A program made the translations under genes and the position numbers. Under the pieces are notes generated by a model. It did not search any database and was not told the origin of the DNA. It was given only the letters and a program-made list of their open reading frames with translations. Positions 1-9,961 of a DNA stretch of 64,000 nucleotides are shown here, in pieces (position 1 is the first letter of the stretch; every line of letters begins with the position of its first letter). This stretch comes from Flavobacteriales bacterium UBA7690 (GTDB taxonomy: Bacteria; Bacteroidota; Bacteroidia; Flavobacteriales_F; PHOS-HE28), in contig DLGQ01000079.1 in the NCBI GenBank assembly GCA_002482775.1, positions 29,149-93,148 on the forward strand, given 5' to 3'.

Positions 1-126
1 TGGATCCACGCTCGGGTACTCGCGCACACCCAGGAACCCGAAGCCGATCGCGCCGAAGAGCACGATCAGGATCGAGATCACCGATGCGAGCACCGGACGG
101 TTGATACTGATGGAGCTGATGTTCAT
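1..126 (-). CDS. RND efflux permease (AcrB/HAE1-type); only the N-terminal 42 codons are present and the gene runs off the left edge
   Basis: The reverse complement reads MNISSISINRPVLASVISILIVLFGAIGFGFLGVREYPSVDP, a typical RND pump N-terminus and TM1. Its ATG overlaps the adaptor stop (ATGA). Confidence 0.8.
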   Translation of the reverse strand, partial: MNISSISINRPVLASVISILIVLFGAIGFGFLGVREYPSVDP

Positions 127-1196
127 CGGGCGGTGCTGTCGGTCGTTACCGCTTTCGTGGGAGCTGTGGTCTGTAGTGCCCGCACCGCAGCACCTTCACG
201 CAAGGCCAGGAGTCCGGTGACGATCACGGAATCACCGGCTTGTACACCGCTGGTGAGTTGCACGCTGTTCGCCGTGCGCGTGCCGAGCTGCACACGCGCA
301 CTCACCGCTTTCCCACCTTTCATGAGCAGGACTTTCTGACCTTGGATATCCGGGATCAACGCTTCCGCAGGGACCACCAACGCATCATTGACTTCCTGCA
401 ACCGCACATCCACCTTGGCGAACGAGCCGGGGATCAAGCGTCCGTCCTTGTTCTTGCTGCGCGCACGCACACGCACGGTGCGAGTGGCGGTCTCTACGCT
501 GGGTTCCACCGCATAGACCTCACCGGAATACCGTGCCGTATCGCCTTCCAAGGTGAAGTGGATCATGTTGCCCGCCTGCATGCTGCGGCCATAACGCTCC
601 GGCACCGCGAAGTCGATCTTGATCGGATCGATCTGTTGCAGCTTCGCGATGATCGCGTTGTTGCTTACGAACCCGCCTTCGCTCACCGAGCGCAAGCCCA
701 CCTTCCCACTGAACGGCGCGCGGATGGTGCTTTTCGCGATCCGTGCCTTCAGGTCGTCAGCATCCGCTTGCAATCCGGCGAGGGTCGCTTGGGTGGCATC
801 ATACTGTTCCTGGCTGATCCCGCTCACCGCGAGTAGTTGCTTCTTGCGGCCTTCATCATCCGTGGCCAATTTCAGGTTCGCCTCGGCCTTGCGCAATTGG
901 GCTTGCAGTTCATCGTCGTTGATACGCACCAGCACCTGGCCGGCGCTCACGTTGCCTCCTTCTTGGAAACCGATCGCCGTGACACGTCCGGCCAATTCGC
1001 TCACCAGATCCACTTCCTCATTGGCCATCAGCGTGCCTGTTGTGGTGATGGCGTTGTCCATGGCTTCGGCCTTCAGCACGTGCACCTGCACGGCCATGGG
1101 TTGCACGGCGCCTCCGCCCGCTGCCTGTTCAGGTTCACCACCGCAAGCCACCAGTAGGAGCGGGGCGGCCAATAGGATCGTTCTCATGCGGATCAT
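123..1196 (-). CDS. Efflux RND transporter periplasmic adaptor (membrane fusion protein)
   Basis: 357-aa ORF with a lipoprotein-like signal (MRTILLAAPLLLVAC). It has the biotinyl-lipoyl/beta-barrel MFP sequence pattern and is translationally coupled to the RND pump. Confidence 0.9.
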   Translation of the reverse strand: MIRMRTILLAAPLLLVACGGEPEQAAGGGAVQPMAVQVHVLKAEAMDNAITTTGTLMANEEVDLVSELAGRVTAIGFQEGGNVSAGQVLVRINDDELQAQLRKAEANLKLATDDEGRKKQLLAVSGISQEQYDATQATLAGLQADADDLKARIAKSTIRAPFSGKVGLRSVSEGGFVSNNAIIAKLQQIDPIKIDFAVPERYGRSMQAGNMIHFTLEGDTARYSGEVYAVEPSVETATRTVRVRARSKNKDGRLIPGSFAKVDVRLQEVNDALVVPAEALIPDIQGQKVLLMKGGKAVSARVQLGTRTANSVQLTSGVQAGDSVIVTGLLALREGAAVRALQTTAPTKAVTTDSTAR

Positions 1197-1654
1197 GCGT
1201 GTACACGTTTCGTGGTCACTGGCACCGGAGGACCATCCGGACGCAGGTTGTTCACCAATAGGTTCAATTGTTCAAGGAACAGGGTGCGCTCAGCCTTCTT
1301 CAAGCCCTTCAGCGCTTCCGCGTTCAATTCTTCGTACGCCGTGCGGATGGCCTTCAGCGCTGGTTTCGCCTTCGGGGTCAGCTTCACCAGGTGCTTCCGG
1401 CGGTCGCCCGCGCAGTTGCAGCGTTCCACGTAGCCTTTTTCCACCAAATGGTCCACAGCGCGGGTCATGGCCACCTTGTCGAGGTTCAGCTTGTCGGCCA
1501 ACTCCTGCTGGCTTTGCAGCCCGTTGCCTTCTTCGATGCTCAGCAGCACATAGAACCAGTGGGTCAGGTCCAAATGCGCCAGTTTCGCCTGTAGCCGGGC
1601 GAAATACTGGTGGGCAGCGATGGAGCACCAATAGCCGATCGAGGATGTGGGCAT
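1193..1654 (-). CDS. MarR family transcriptional regulator
   Basis: Winged-helix MarR pattern (QQELADKLNLDKVAMTRAVDHLVEKGYVER...DRRKHLVKLT). The start was trimmed to the ATG at 1654, and the stop overlaps the adaptor start. Confidence 0.85.
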   Translation of the reverse strand: MPTSSIGYWCSIAAHQYFARLQAKLAHLDLTHWFYVLLSIEEGNGLQSQQELADKLNLDKVAMTRAVDHLVEKGYVERCNCAGDRRKHLVKLTPKAKPALKAIRTAYEELNAEALKGLKKAERTLFLEQLNLLVNNLRPDGPPVPVTTKRVHA

Positions 1655-1742
1655 ACCGTTACGTTCGTAATGGTTACAAATGAAACCATTGCATTGTTCA
1701 CGGTCGAGGGTTGAACTGTTAACAGTTCGCAATAATGTCCCC

Positions 1743-2753
1743 TTACATCAGGATCCCATCCACCGGCTTGGGCGCTTCCGGCAGGTCTGTATCGCCCATC
1801 ATCTGGCGCAGGTCGGTCTCGATGCCGCGTGCCATGGTGAACATCGGGATGTCGTTCATCAACCCCTCGAAGGGGTTCTCGCTGTAGTCGCCGATCAGCT
1901 CCATGGTCACGAACACCCAGCTGATCAGCACACTCACCGGGATGGTCATCCATGCCAATCGGGGATCCACACGGCTGAATTCGAACACGAGCCCCAGCGG
2001 CACCAGCAACACGAAGATGAACACGAAGGCCGTGCTGTACGCCCCGTATTGGCGCGGGAACGGGAAGTTCTTGATCCGTTCCGCGCGCCCCTGTTCGTTC
2101 ACCAACTCGCTGATGATGCGCTGTAGTTCCACGTGGTGGTAGCTGTCCACCAGCCCGGCTTGGTGCAGGTCGGCGAGGCGCTGCGTCTGTTTGGTGATCA
2201 GCTGCACGGCGGGGTTCCGGAAAGCGAGGGCTTCGCGCACGGCATCGGCATCCAGGAACCGTGCAAGTTCGGTCTCCACGGGTGGCGCGTTCAGGTCGCG
2301 CAGGATCTCGTTTCGGTCGTTACGGTCGAAGATGCGGCCATGCTCCCAACTCCGCGGTTGCAACAGCAAATGGCGCAGCGCATGGATCCACGCCAAGTGC
2401 CGCATTATCAGTTCGCGGTGGATCCGCTTCAGTTCCTCCGGAGCCATAGTGCCGTTACCCGCACGGATGAATCCCAGCACCGACGCCGCCCAGTTGCGGC
2501 TCATGTTCACGATGCCGCCCCAGATGCGCCGCGCCTCCCACAGCCTATCGTAACTGCTGTTGTTCTTGAAACCCACGTAGAACGCCACCGCCGTACCGAT
2601 GATGCCGATGGGCAGGAACGGGATGCCCACGTACTTCAGGTCGCTCACGTGGCGCAGGAATACGATCAATCCAGACCACACCGCCATGATCACACTTTGG
2701 CGCCAGGTAACGGAGAGGATGAAGCGGGGTGGGATGACGCGGTTGACGAACAT
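1743..2753 (-). CDS. Bestrophin-family (UPF0187/YneE-like) ion channel
   Basis: 336 aa with N- and C-terminal TM pairs. The central region (RIKNFPFPRQYGAYSTAFVFIFVLLVPLG) is typical of bacterial bestrophin homologs. Confidence 0.75.
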   Translation of the reverse strand: MFVNRVIPPRFILSVTWRQSVIMAVWSGLIVFLRHVSDLKYVGIPFLPIGIIGTAVAFYVGFKNNSSYDRLWEARRIWGGIVNMSRNWAASVLGFIRAGNGTMAPEELKRIHRELIMRHLAWIHALRHLLLQPRSWEHGRIFDRNDRNEILRDLNAPPVETELARFLDADAVREALAFRNPAVQLITKQTQRLADLHQAGLVDSYHHVELQRIISELVNEQGRAERIKNFPFPRQYGAYSTAFVFIFVLLVPLGLVFEFSRVDPRLAWMTIPVSVLISWVFVTMELIGDYSENPFEGLMNDIPMFTMARGIETDLRQMMGDTDLPEAPKPVDGILM

Positions 2754-3401
2754 GAGCTGTGGTTTAGCGGCTGAAACTAAGGAGCGGGGCGTTCCTCACG
2801 GATGTTGTTGATACCGTCCTGCATGGACGCCATGGGTTCGATCACGATAGGTGCCAAGCTGAACGCCTTCACTGTTCTTGTTAGAGCGCCCGCGGAATTG
2901 CGGTATGCGGTCGCCAGACCCACCTCCGCATTCGTTCGTTCGAGGAATGCGGCCGAGTTCTAACCCAGTGCGTGCGTGCCCATCCGGAACGCATCGGCTT
3001 CAACATCCACGGCTTTGGTCCAGTGGAGGTCGGCGATCGCTGGATCGCATCCAGCGATCGATCGGGCGAAGCTTGCACCTGCCGGACGGAGCGTTGCCTG
3101 CGCTGGCATCGACCCAGCGCAGGTGGTACCGGGCCTCGCGTGCGCCGTACCCCATGCGGCATGTGCCACGGTGTTACCGGCGATCGCTTCGTGCGTTTCC
3201 ACGCACGCGAAGGATTGCGTTGCCTTCAATGGGTCACGATCGGCATCGGCTTCATCTGCCCGGACGTTCGCGCAGGTCCAATGTGCAGAAGCGTTGCGCG
3301 CCAAGGCCACCGCCGCGCATGGGCCAGCGCGCGCCGTACCGTGTGTTGTAACCGTTCTACCCTGCCTTGCGTTCAACAGCGCAGAACGAACCATTCTCCC
3401 C

Positions 3402-4037
3402 ATGCGCAAAGTGAAAACGGATCTTCGGAACAAGAACGCCTCGGAGGTGCTGTCAGCCGGACGGGTGGTGCTGTTGGGTATGACCGCGAACCCGCATTTC
3501 CCGACCCCGTTCCCCGCGCTCAATGAATTCAGAACAGCGTGTGATGCACTGGAAGCGTGCATCCTGAAAGTGGAGAATGGTGGAAGCCGTTCTGATTACC
3601 TGAGCAAGAGCCTCCGGCAGGAAGAGGTCGCCAACATGTTGCGCGCGTTGGCGGGGTATGTCGGTGCAGTGGCGCAAGGCCACGAAGGCATCGTGCAAAG
3701 TGCTGGTTTCGCGCTCGCCAAGCCTTCTGTGCGCATCACCTCCATGGACGCTCCCAAAGAAGTGGTGGCCCGGTCCGGCACCATGCCGAGGACCATCAAG
3801 GTCAGTTGGAAACCGGTGAAAGGAACGCGCTTGTACAACCTCTACATCTGCCAAGGAGACCCGCGTGACGACAGCAACTGGCGTCTACTGTGCCAGACCA
3901 GCAGCAGCCGATACCTGGTCACTGACCTTGCACCGTTGGAGTACTATGCCTTCCGTGTGGAAGCGCAGGGTGCGAGTACGACCAGCCCGCTCAGCGACCA
4001 AGCAACCGCATTGTCCATCGGCGTCAAAGCCGCTTGA
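3402..4037 (+). CDS. Hypothetical protein with a C-terminal fibronectin type III-like domain
   Basis: The ATG at 3402 is in frame with the 2976 ORF. The C-terminal half (IKVSWKPVKGTRLYNLYI...YYAFRVEAQG) has an FN3 signature. The upstream part of the long ORF is Ala-rich and looks like frame noise. Confidence 0.55.
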   Translation: MRKVKTDLRNKNASEVLSAGRVVLLGMTANPHFPTPFPALNEFRTACDALEACILKVENGGSRSDYLSKSLRQEEVANMLRALAGYVGAVAQGHEGIVQSAGFALAKPSVRITSMDAPKEVVARSGTMPRTIKVSWKPVKGTRLYNLYICQGDPRDDSNWRLLCQTSSSRYLVTDLAPLEYYAFRVEAQGASTTSPLSDQATALSIGVKAA

Positions 4038-4063
4038 CCACGACACCGAACACACCCACAGCC

Positions 4064-4408
4064 ATGTCCCTGTTCAAGTTCATGAAGCCCAAGCGCCTGG
4101 AACTGCACGCCATGGAACCGGACGAGACCTGGTACCAGCGCGCCTACTGGCTCACGTTGCTCGTGAAGACATTAAAAGCGGAAGTGGCCAAGCTGAGCGC
4201 AGAGAATGAACAGCTGCTTCGGCAATTGAATTTGGAAGGCATGCTTACACCGGACCAACAGGAGTTGCTGAACCTGCGCGACCAGGTCCAAGAGCTATCA
4301 AAGACCAAAGCGAAGCTGGAGAAGCGGCTGCGGGGCACGGCTAAGGTCAACGAGGGCTTGATCGACGAGCTGCACGACCTACGCCACGGCATCGACCGTG
4401 CAGCGTAA
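4064..4408 (+). CDS. Hypothetical coiled-coil protein
   Basis: The track start at 4034 is TTG, and the first ATG is at 4064. The sequence is heptad-like and rich in E, K, L and Q. It lies directly downstream of the FN3 gene. Confidence 0.45.
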   Translation: MSLFKFMKPKRLELHAMEPDETWYQRAYWLTLLVKTLKAEVAKLSAENEQLLRQLNLEGMLTPDQQELLNLRDQVQELSKTKAKLEKRLRGTAKVNEGLIDELHDLRHGIDRAA

Positions 4409-4414
4409 CGCCGC

Positions 4415-4747
4415 TCACAGCACCATATCCCAAACCATCACGTCGCTCTCGAAGCGGGTGAAGGACTTGATCAATGTAGTGTCGTGTCCCAAGCCGGTGT
4501 AGTAGAAGTCGAACGACCGCTCACCTGCCGGGGTGAAACTGATCGCATACCTGCCGGTGTCGTCCACGTTCGTGCGTGCCACCACGTGCCCATCCGCCTT
4601 CACGAAGAGCCGAAGCCCTGCGACCTGTTCCATCGCGCGTTCACCACCGAACCGTACGCGACCCGACAAATGCAGAGCAATGGAGGGCGCCAGCCCGCCC
4701 AGGTCAGGCAGCACAAGGGCCAAGCAGAAGGCTAGTTTGAAGAGCAT
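4415..4747 (-). CDS. Small secreted hypothetical protein (CarboxypepD_reg-like beta-sandwich pattern)
   Basis: 110 aa with an N-terminal hydrophobic signal and the motif G.RLFV.ADGHVVARTNVDDTGRYAISF. Confidence 0.45.
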   Translation of the reverse strand: MLFKLAFCLALVLPDLGGLAPSIALHLSGRVRFGGERAMEQVAGLRLFVKADGHVVARTNVDDTGRYAISFTPAGERSFDFYYTGLGHDTTLIKSFTRFESDVMVWDMVL

Positions 4748-4830
4748 CTCTCGAAGTTACGAGGTTACTTCAGCGCCTCCGCCAACCCGATCACGAACAG
4801 GATCGCCAACCGGTTCCACGAAGGCGCGTA

Positions 4831-6696
4831 TCACTTCAACAAGCTCACGTGCCCCATGTACACATGACGCATCGTGGTGTTGGCTTCACTGGTCTCCAAT
4901 CTCCAGACGAAGAGGTCGTTCTTGAGCAATTCCCCATCCCGTCTCCCATCCCATCCAACTACCGGGTCGTTGCTGGCCCATATCTCTTCACCCCACCGAT
5001 CGAAGATGCGCAGCTGATAGTGCGGTTCATCCTGGCCGGTGATGCAGGGTATCCACGTATCGTTCACGCCATCGCCATCCGGTGTGAACGCGTTCGGCAC
5101 ATACAAGGCGTATTGTCCCTCGATCACCACCATGTGGACGATCGTATCGGTGCAGCCATCCATGTTCGTAACCACCAGTTGCACTGGATAGGTGCCCGCG
5201 GCATCCCCGGGGTAATGTACTTCGGCAGGGAATTGCTCGGCACTGGTACCTGGTACACCGCCCGGCCCGAAATCCCAAGCCCACTGTACCACATCCATGC
5301 TGCTCGCATCGAGGAAGGAGATATCCGTTCGGAAAATATCGGTGGGTTGTGGCGAACTGGTGAAGTCGGCCAACGGTGACGCATAGGCTTCCACCATGGA
5401 GGTGTACGTGGTGTCGGCCACGCAGCCCAGCGGCGAGGTCGCCGTAACGGAAACATCGAAGTGTCCCGGATCGGTGTAGGTGTGAACGGCCACCGTATCG
5501 ACGCTCGCCGACCCATCACCGAACTCCCAATTGATCGTGGCCATCATAGCCGGGTCGACCCCATGCGCGAACGTAACCTGCAGCGGCGCGCAACCTGTAG
5601 CCGGTGTAGCGGTGGCAGCGATAACGGGGTAGGGGTCGGCCACAAGCAGATACTGGGCGATCGCGCAGGCGCCACCGCTCGCCGAGACCTGGAATTGGTA
5701 CAGACCCGTGTCCAGGTCAAGATCGCTTACACGGAGCACGGTGTCGGTCTGGCCTACGAGGGCTACGCCTTCATGGAACCACTGGTACCCCGTTGCCATG
5801 CCGTTCGGATGCCCGTTCAACAGGACGTCGTTCGCGCAGGTCGAACCCATTGCGGTCACGCTGGTGCCCAAGGAGGTACTGTCGTTCAGCATGAAAGCAT
5901 CGTAGAAGAAATATGGCGTCGCCGCACCGCCGGTGTAATCCGGTGGGGGTTGGCAGGGTCCGCCGATCATGATCGCGTTGATGTCCGTTTGTGGCGAGAG
6001 CGTGATCGTCACCAGGTCCCAGCTACCGTTAGGCTGATAACTCAACTGGCCCAGCACCGCCCAACCTTGCGGACAATCGAATCCGGAACCAACAGGGAAG
6101 GTCACGCAAGTCGGTAGACCGTACACCGTGATGTCCACCGGGCCTAAACTGTTGGGGACCGCGCTGTAAGAGAAGAGATCCAACAGCACCCCAGCCACAT
6201 GGAACTGCAGGCTGTACAGTTCACCCGCCTGCATGGGTTGCACCAGGCAGGTGGCGATGTACTCCAGGTAGTGGACACCCGGACCGCCATTGTCCGTTTC
6301 GATGAAGGCGCCCACACACCCGTTCCCATCGGGAAGGGGTTGTGGAACCCCGGAAGGCATATAGCTGGGCGCGAGGAAATAATCCGAGGAGCCGCCGGTG
6401 CCCAATTCCCATGTGTTGACCCGATCGAATTCACTGAACCAAGTCGGCATGCTGCTGTAGGCCTCGAACGATGGGTTCGCGATTAGCGGCGTCACTTGAC
6501 CATTGGCCCCGAGGCCCAGGCTGCACACGCAGTCCGTGGTGTCGTTCAGGTCGATCAGGCCGTCGGCATCATCGTCCAGTGCATTGCCGCACAACTCTTG
6601 GGCGTGCAGCGGAACGTGCAACGCGAACAGCGCGATGATCGCGAGGAAGGAACGGATCAGCGATCGTAGGAAGAGCGAGCGTGCGCGCGATAGCAT
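4831..6696 (-). CDS. T9SS type-B sorting domain (gliding motility-associated C-terminal domain) protein with PKD-like domains
   Basis: Signal peptide present. PKD-like segments (WEFGDGS, WDFGPG). The C-terminus YVPNAFTPDGDGVNDTW...FDRWGEEIW...WDGR is the CHU_C/type-B T9SS tail. Confidence 0.85.
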   Translation of the reverse strand: MLSRARSLFLRSLIRSFLAIIALFALHVPLHAQELCGNALDDDADGLIDLNDTTDCVCSLGLGANGQVTPLIANPSFEAYSSMPTWFSEFDRVNTWELGTGGSSDYFLAPSYMPSGVPQPLPDGNGCVGAFIETDNGGPGVHYLEYIATCLVQPMQAGELYSLQFHVAGVLLDLFSYSAVPNSLGPVDITVYGLPTCVTFPVGSGFDCPQGWAVLGQLSYQPNGSWDLVTITLSPQTDINAIMIGGPCQPPPDYTGGAATPYFFYDAFMLNDSTSLGTSVTAMGSTCANDVLLNGHPNGMATGYQWFHEGVALVGQTDTVLRVSDLDLDTGLYQFQVSASGGACAIAQYLLVADPYPVIAATATPATGCAPLQVTFAHGVDPAMMATINWEFGDGSASVDTVAVHTYTDPGHFDVSVTATSPLGCVADTTYTSMVEAYASPLADFTSSPQPTDIFRTDISFLDASSMDVVQWAWDFGPGGVPGTSAEQFPAEVHYPGDAAGTYPVQLVVTNMDGCTDTIVHMVVIEGQYALYVPNAFTPDGDGVNDTWIPCITGQDEPHYQLRIFDRWGEEIWASNDPVVGWDGRRDGELLKNDLFVWRLETSEANTTMRHVYMGHVSLLK

Positions 6697-6793
6697 GGAG
6701 AGGGACCGAATGCTTGACGCGGCATGACTGCAATGCGGTGCCTCGGTGATGGAGTACTCGACCTGCCGATCGATCAGCGTTGCGGTCCTGCTG

Positions 6794-6916
6794 TCACCGC
6801 GCGCCCAGCACCTCCTCCAACTCGATCAACTTTCCCCACGGATCCGCGAAGAAGCCCAAGCGCTTGCCGATGCTCTGGCGGCGTTGATCATGCTGGGTCG
6901 AAAGATGGGTCTTGGA
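6794..6916 (-). pseudogene. Remnant of the 3' end of a VOC/glyoxalase-family gene
   Basis: The minus-frame reading ...QSIGKRLGFFADPWGKLIELEEVLGAR-stop matches a typical VOC C-terminal strand. The frame is closed by a stop 40 codons upstream and has no start. Confidence 0.35.
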
Positions 6917-6981
6917 TCAGGCGTTGGCGCCGAGCGATAGCACCAGCTCAGTTTCAAGAGATAGCCTGATATGATCCCTGC

Positions 6982-8127
<1,146 letters not shown>

Positions 8128-8136
8128 TTAGTCCTG

Positions 8137-8997
8137 TTACTGTGCGGTGACCACTTCTTCCACATCGAATGCCAGTGAACTCGAAAGCTCGCGATACGCC
8201 TCGATCTGCGCCTTCAGGTCGGCGATCTTCTGCTCCACGCCCGCCATGGCATCCGCTCCGGCGATGAAGCGACGCGGCGGTTGCGCCTCTGCGATGAGGG
8301 TCATCAGCGCCTGCGCCAACTTGGCGGGATCGCCGATCTGCTGGCCGTTCTGCGCATTCCAGTAGTCCATCGTGGGCTGGCGGCGATCGTCGTAGTCCGC
8401 TACGGAAGCCGCAGCGTAGTTGGTGCTCTGCTCCGTGAGCAGCTCCGTGCGGAAGAAGCCCGGGTTCACCACGGTGGTGTGGATGCCGAAGGGCGCGATC
8501 TCCACAGCGAGCGACTCCATCCAACCTTCGAGTCCGAATTTGGCGGCTGCATAGGCCGTCACGAAGTCGAAGCCCGCGACAAGTCCTGCCGACGAGGAGA
8601 TGGACACGATGTGCCCCGCGCGTTGCTTGCGCATCACGGGCAGCACCGCACGCGTCACGTTCATAGGGCCGATGAGGCTCGTGCTCAGCTGCTGGTCCAT
8701 CTGCTTCGGCGTGAGCTCCTCGAAGTAGCCCGCGTAGAAGTTCGCCGCGTTGTTGATCAGCACGTCGATGCGCCCGAAGCGGTCCACGGCGGCCTTCACG
8801 GCTTGCTGTGCCTCTTCCGGTGATGTGATGTCCAGCTTCACAGCCAGCAATTCCTTCGCCTCGCCCAGGGCGCTCTTCACGGCGACCGTGTTGCGGCCGG
8901 TGGCCACCACGGCGTGCCCCGCTTCCAGTGCGGCCTTGGCGATGTACGTTCCCAGGCCTCGTCCGGCACCGGTGATCATGATGACTTTGCGTTCCAT
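8137..8997 (-). CDS. SDR family oxidoreductase
   Basis: Rossmann motif TGAGRGLG at the N-terminus, NNAA, and the classical SDR YAAAK catalytic motif. It lies 21 nt upstream of the AKR gene. Confidence 0.9.
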   Translation of the reverse strand: MERKVIMITGAGRGLGTYIAKAALEAGHAVVATGRNTVAVKSALGEAKELLAVKLDITSPEEAQQAVKAAVDRFGRIDVLINNAANFYAGYFEELTPKQMDQQLSTSLIGPMNVTRAVLPVMRKQRAGHIVSISSSAGLVAGFDFVTAYAAAKFGLEGWMESLAVEIAPFGIHTTVVNPGFFRTELLTEQSTNYAAASVADYDDRRQPTMDYWNAQNGQQIGDPAKLAQALMTLIAEAQPPRRFIAGADAMAGVEQKIADLKAQIEAYRELSSSLAFDVEEVVTAQ

Positions 8998-9031
8998 TCT
9001 GTTGTGCGGTTAGTGATCGTTCCTTCGGGTA

Positions 9032-9097
9032 CAAAGGGACGCGAGCCATGGCCCGTGATCACTTGCGGAACGCGCCATTGTACTTGCGGATGGCGCC
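9032..9097 (-). promoter_or_regulatory. Operator/promoter module S1 upstream of the SDR-AKR operon
   Basis: A 37-nt element (9061..9097, ACTTGCGGAACGCGCCATTGTACTTGCGGATGGCGCC) carries CTTGCGGA twice in 21-nt phase. It is followed by exactly 25 nt and then CAAA (TTTG on the gene strand). The same architecture occurs at 15129..15194 and 17963..18028. Confidence 0.55.
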
Positions 9098-9100
9098 AGG

Positions 9101-9192
9101 GGGGCGCCCCTCACAAAGCCTCGGGTCGGGCTATCCGCAGTGGTCCTCATCGCAGAGCCTCGCTGTGGGCATCTCACCTCCATCCCTCACCC
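9101..9192 (-). repeat. Intergenic repeat family, copy D (inverted orientation, most degenerate)
   Basis: The reverse complement aligns with copies A, B and C: GGGTGAGGGAT..AGGTGA..GCCCACAGCG ... CGGATAGCCCGACCC ... GGGGCGCCC. Confidence 0.45.
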
Positions 9193-9326
9193 AGATAAGC
9201 GCATTCATCGACATGAAGTGATTGATCACGCCCTACAAAAAGCCGTCGGTCGAATGGTGTACAGATGTGGACAACCCCCGTACCCTGACACTCGTCTATG
9301 TTGTCGGATAGCGTACCTTCGACCTC

Positions 9327-9947
9327 ATGGATCAGAAGACCCAAATGGACCTCAAAGGTCTCGCCTTCATTCGGTCACACGTTCGACATACCGGTCGAAC
9401 ACCATCGCTGCGGCAGATAGGCAGTGCGATCGGTTACGACTCCCCCCGCTCCGTGCAGTTGATGCTGGAGCGGTTGTCGAAGCGTGGACTGCTGAAGTAC
9501 AAAGATGGGGTCATCAAAGTTTCAACTAAGGCCAGCGACCCCGTTGAGCATACCGTCGACGTACCTCTTGTTGGTTCAGTAGCGTGCGGCCTGCCGACAC
9601 TTGCGCAGCAGGACGCTGAGGCCTGGGTGAGCATCTCAACGCGCATCGCCCGCCCCGGACACACCTATTTTCTACTGCGCGCCGACGGAAAATCCATGGA
9701 CAAGTCTGGTATCCAGGACGGCGACCTCGTGCTTATCAAGCAGCAGGCGATCGCAGATCAAGGTGAACGGGTGGTCGCATTGGTCGATGAATCCGCGACG
9801 ATCAAGCACTTTCATCGAAGTGGCGATCACGTGCTCCTGAAACCGAACTCCAGCGACAAAAACTGCAAACCGATCGTGGTGACCGATGACCTAGCGATAC
9901 AGGGTGTCGTTGTCGCCGTAATCCCCGATCCTTTTTCTGACCAATAA
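9327..9947 (+). CDS. LexA/UmuD-type S24 self-cleaving repressor (winged-helix DNA-binding domain plus S24 peptidase)
   Basis: N-terminal LexA-like wHTH (GRTPSLRQIGSAIGYDSPRSVQLMLERLSKRGLL). Scissile-site-like VACG, Ser in ADGKSM and Lys in ATIKHF. It sits 14 nt upstream of the CD-NTase on the same strand. Confidence 0.85.
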   Translation: MDQKTQMDLKGLAFIRSHVRHTGRTPSLRQIGSAIGYDSPRSVQLMLERLSKRGLLKYKDGVIKVSTKASDPVEHTVDVPLVGSVACGLPTLAQQDAEAWVSISTRIARPGHTYFLLRADGKSMDKSGIQDGDLVLIKQQAIADQGERVVALVDESATIKHFHRSGDHVLLKPNSSDKNCKPIVVTDDLAIQGVVVAVIPDPFSDQ

Positions 9948-9961
9948 CACCGCGATACAGC

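Noticed and set aside
2893-2916. A GAATTGCGGTATGCGGTCGCC stretch resembling a half-site of the 37-nt operator, upstream of the bestrophin-like gene
   Set aside because: Only one loose TTGCGG-type repeat is present. It lacks the 21-nt phased partner and the 25-nt spacing to a TTTG box, so it is probably a chance match in G+C-rich DNA.
2960-3394. Possible 144-aa minus-strand gene
   Set aside because: It is not listed as a feature. It has no homolog I recognise, no signal or domain, and its start would collide with the FN3 gene's ATG at the CATG at 3401..3404. It is kept only as an open question in the findings.
9327-9947. Calling this gene the chromosomal SOS regulator lexA outright
   Set aside because: The fold and motifs fit the LexA/UmuD/CI S24 family generally. 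Without the rest of the genome I cannot tell a housekeeping LexA from an island-borne repressor, so no gene symbol is assigned.
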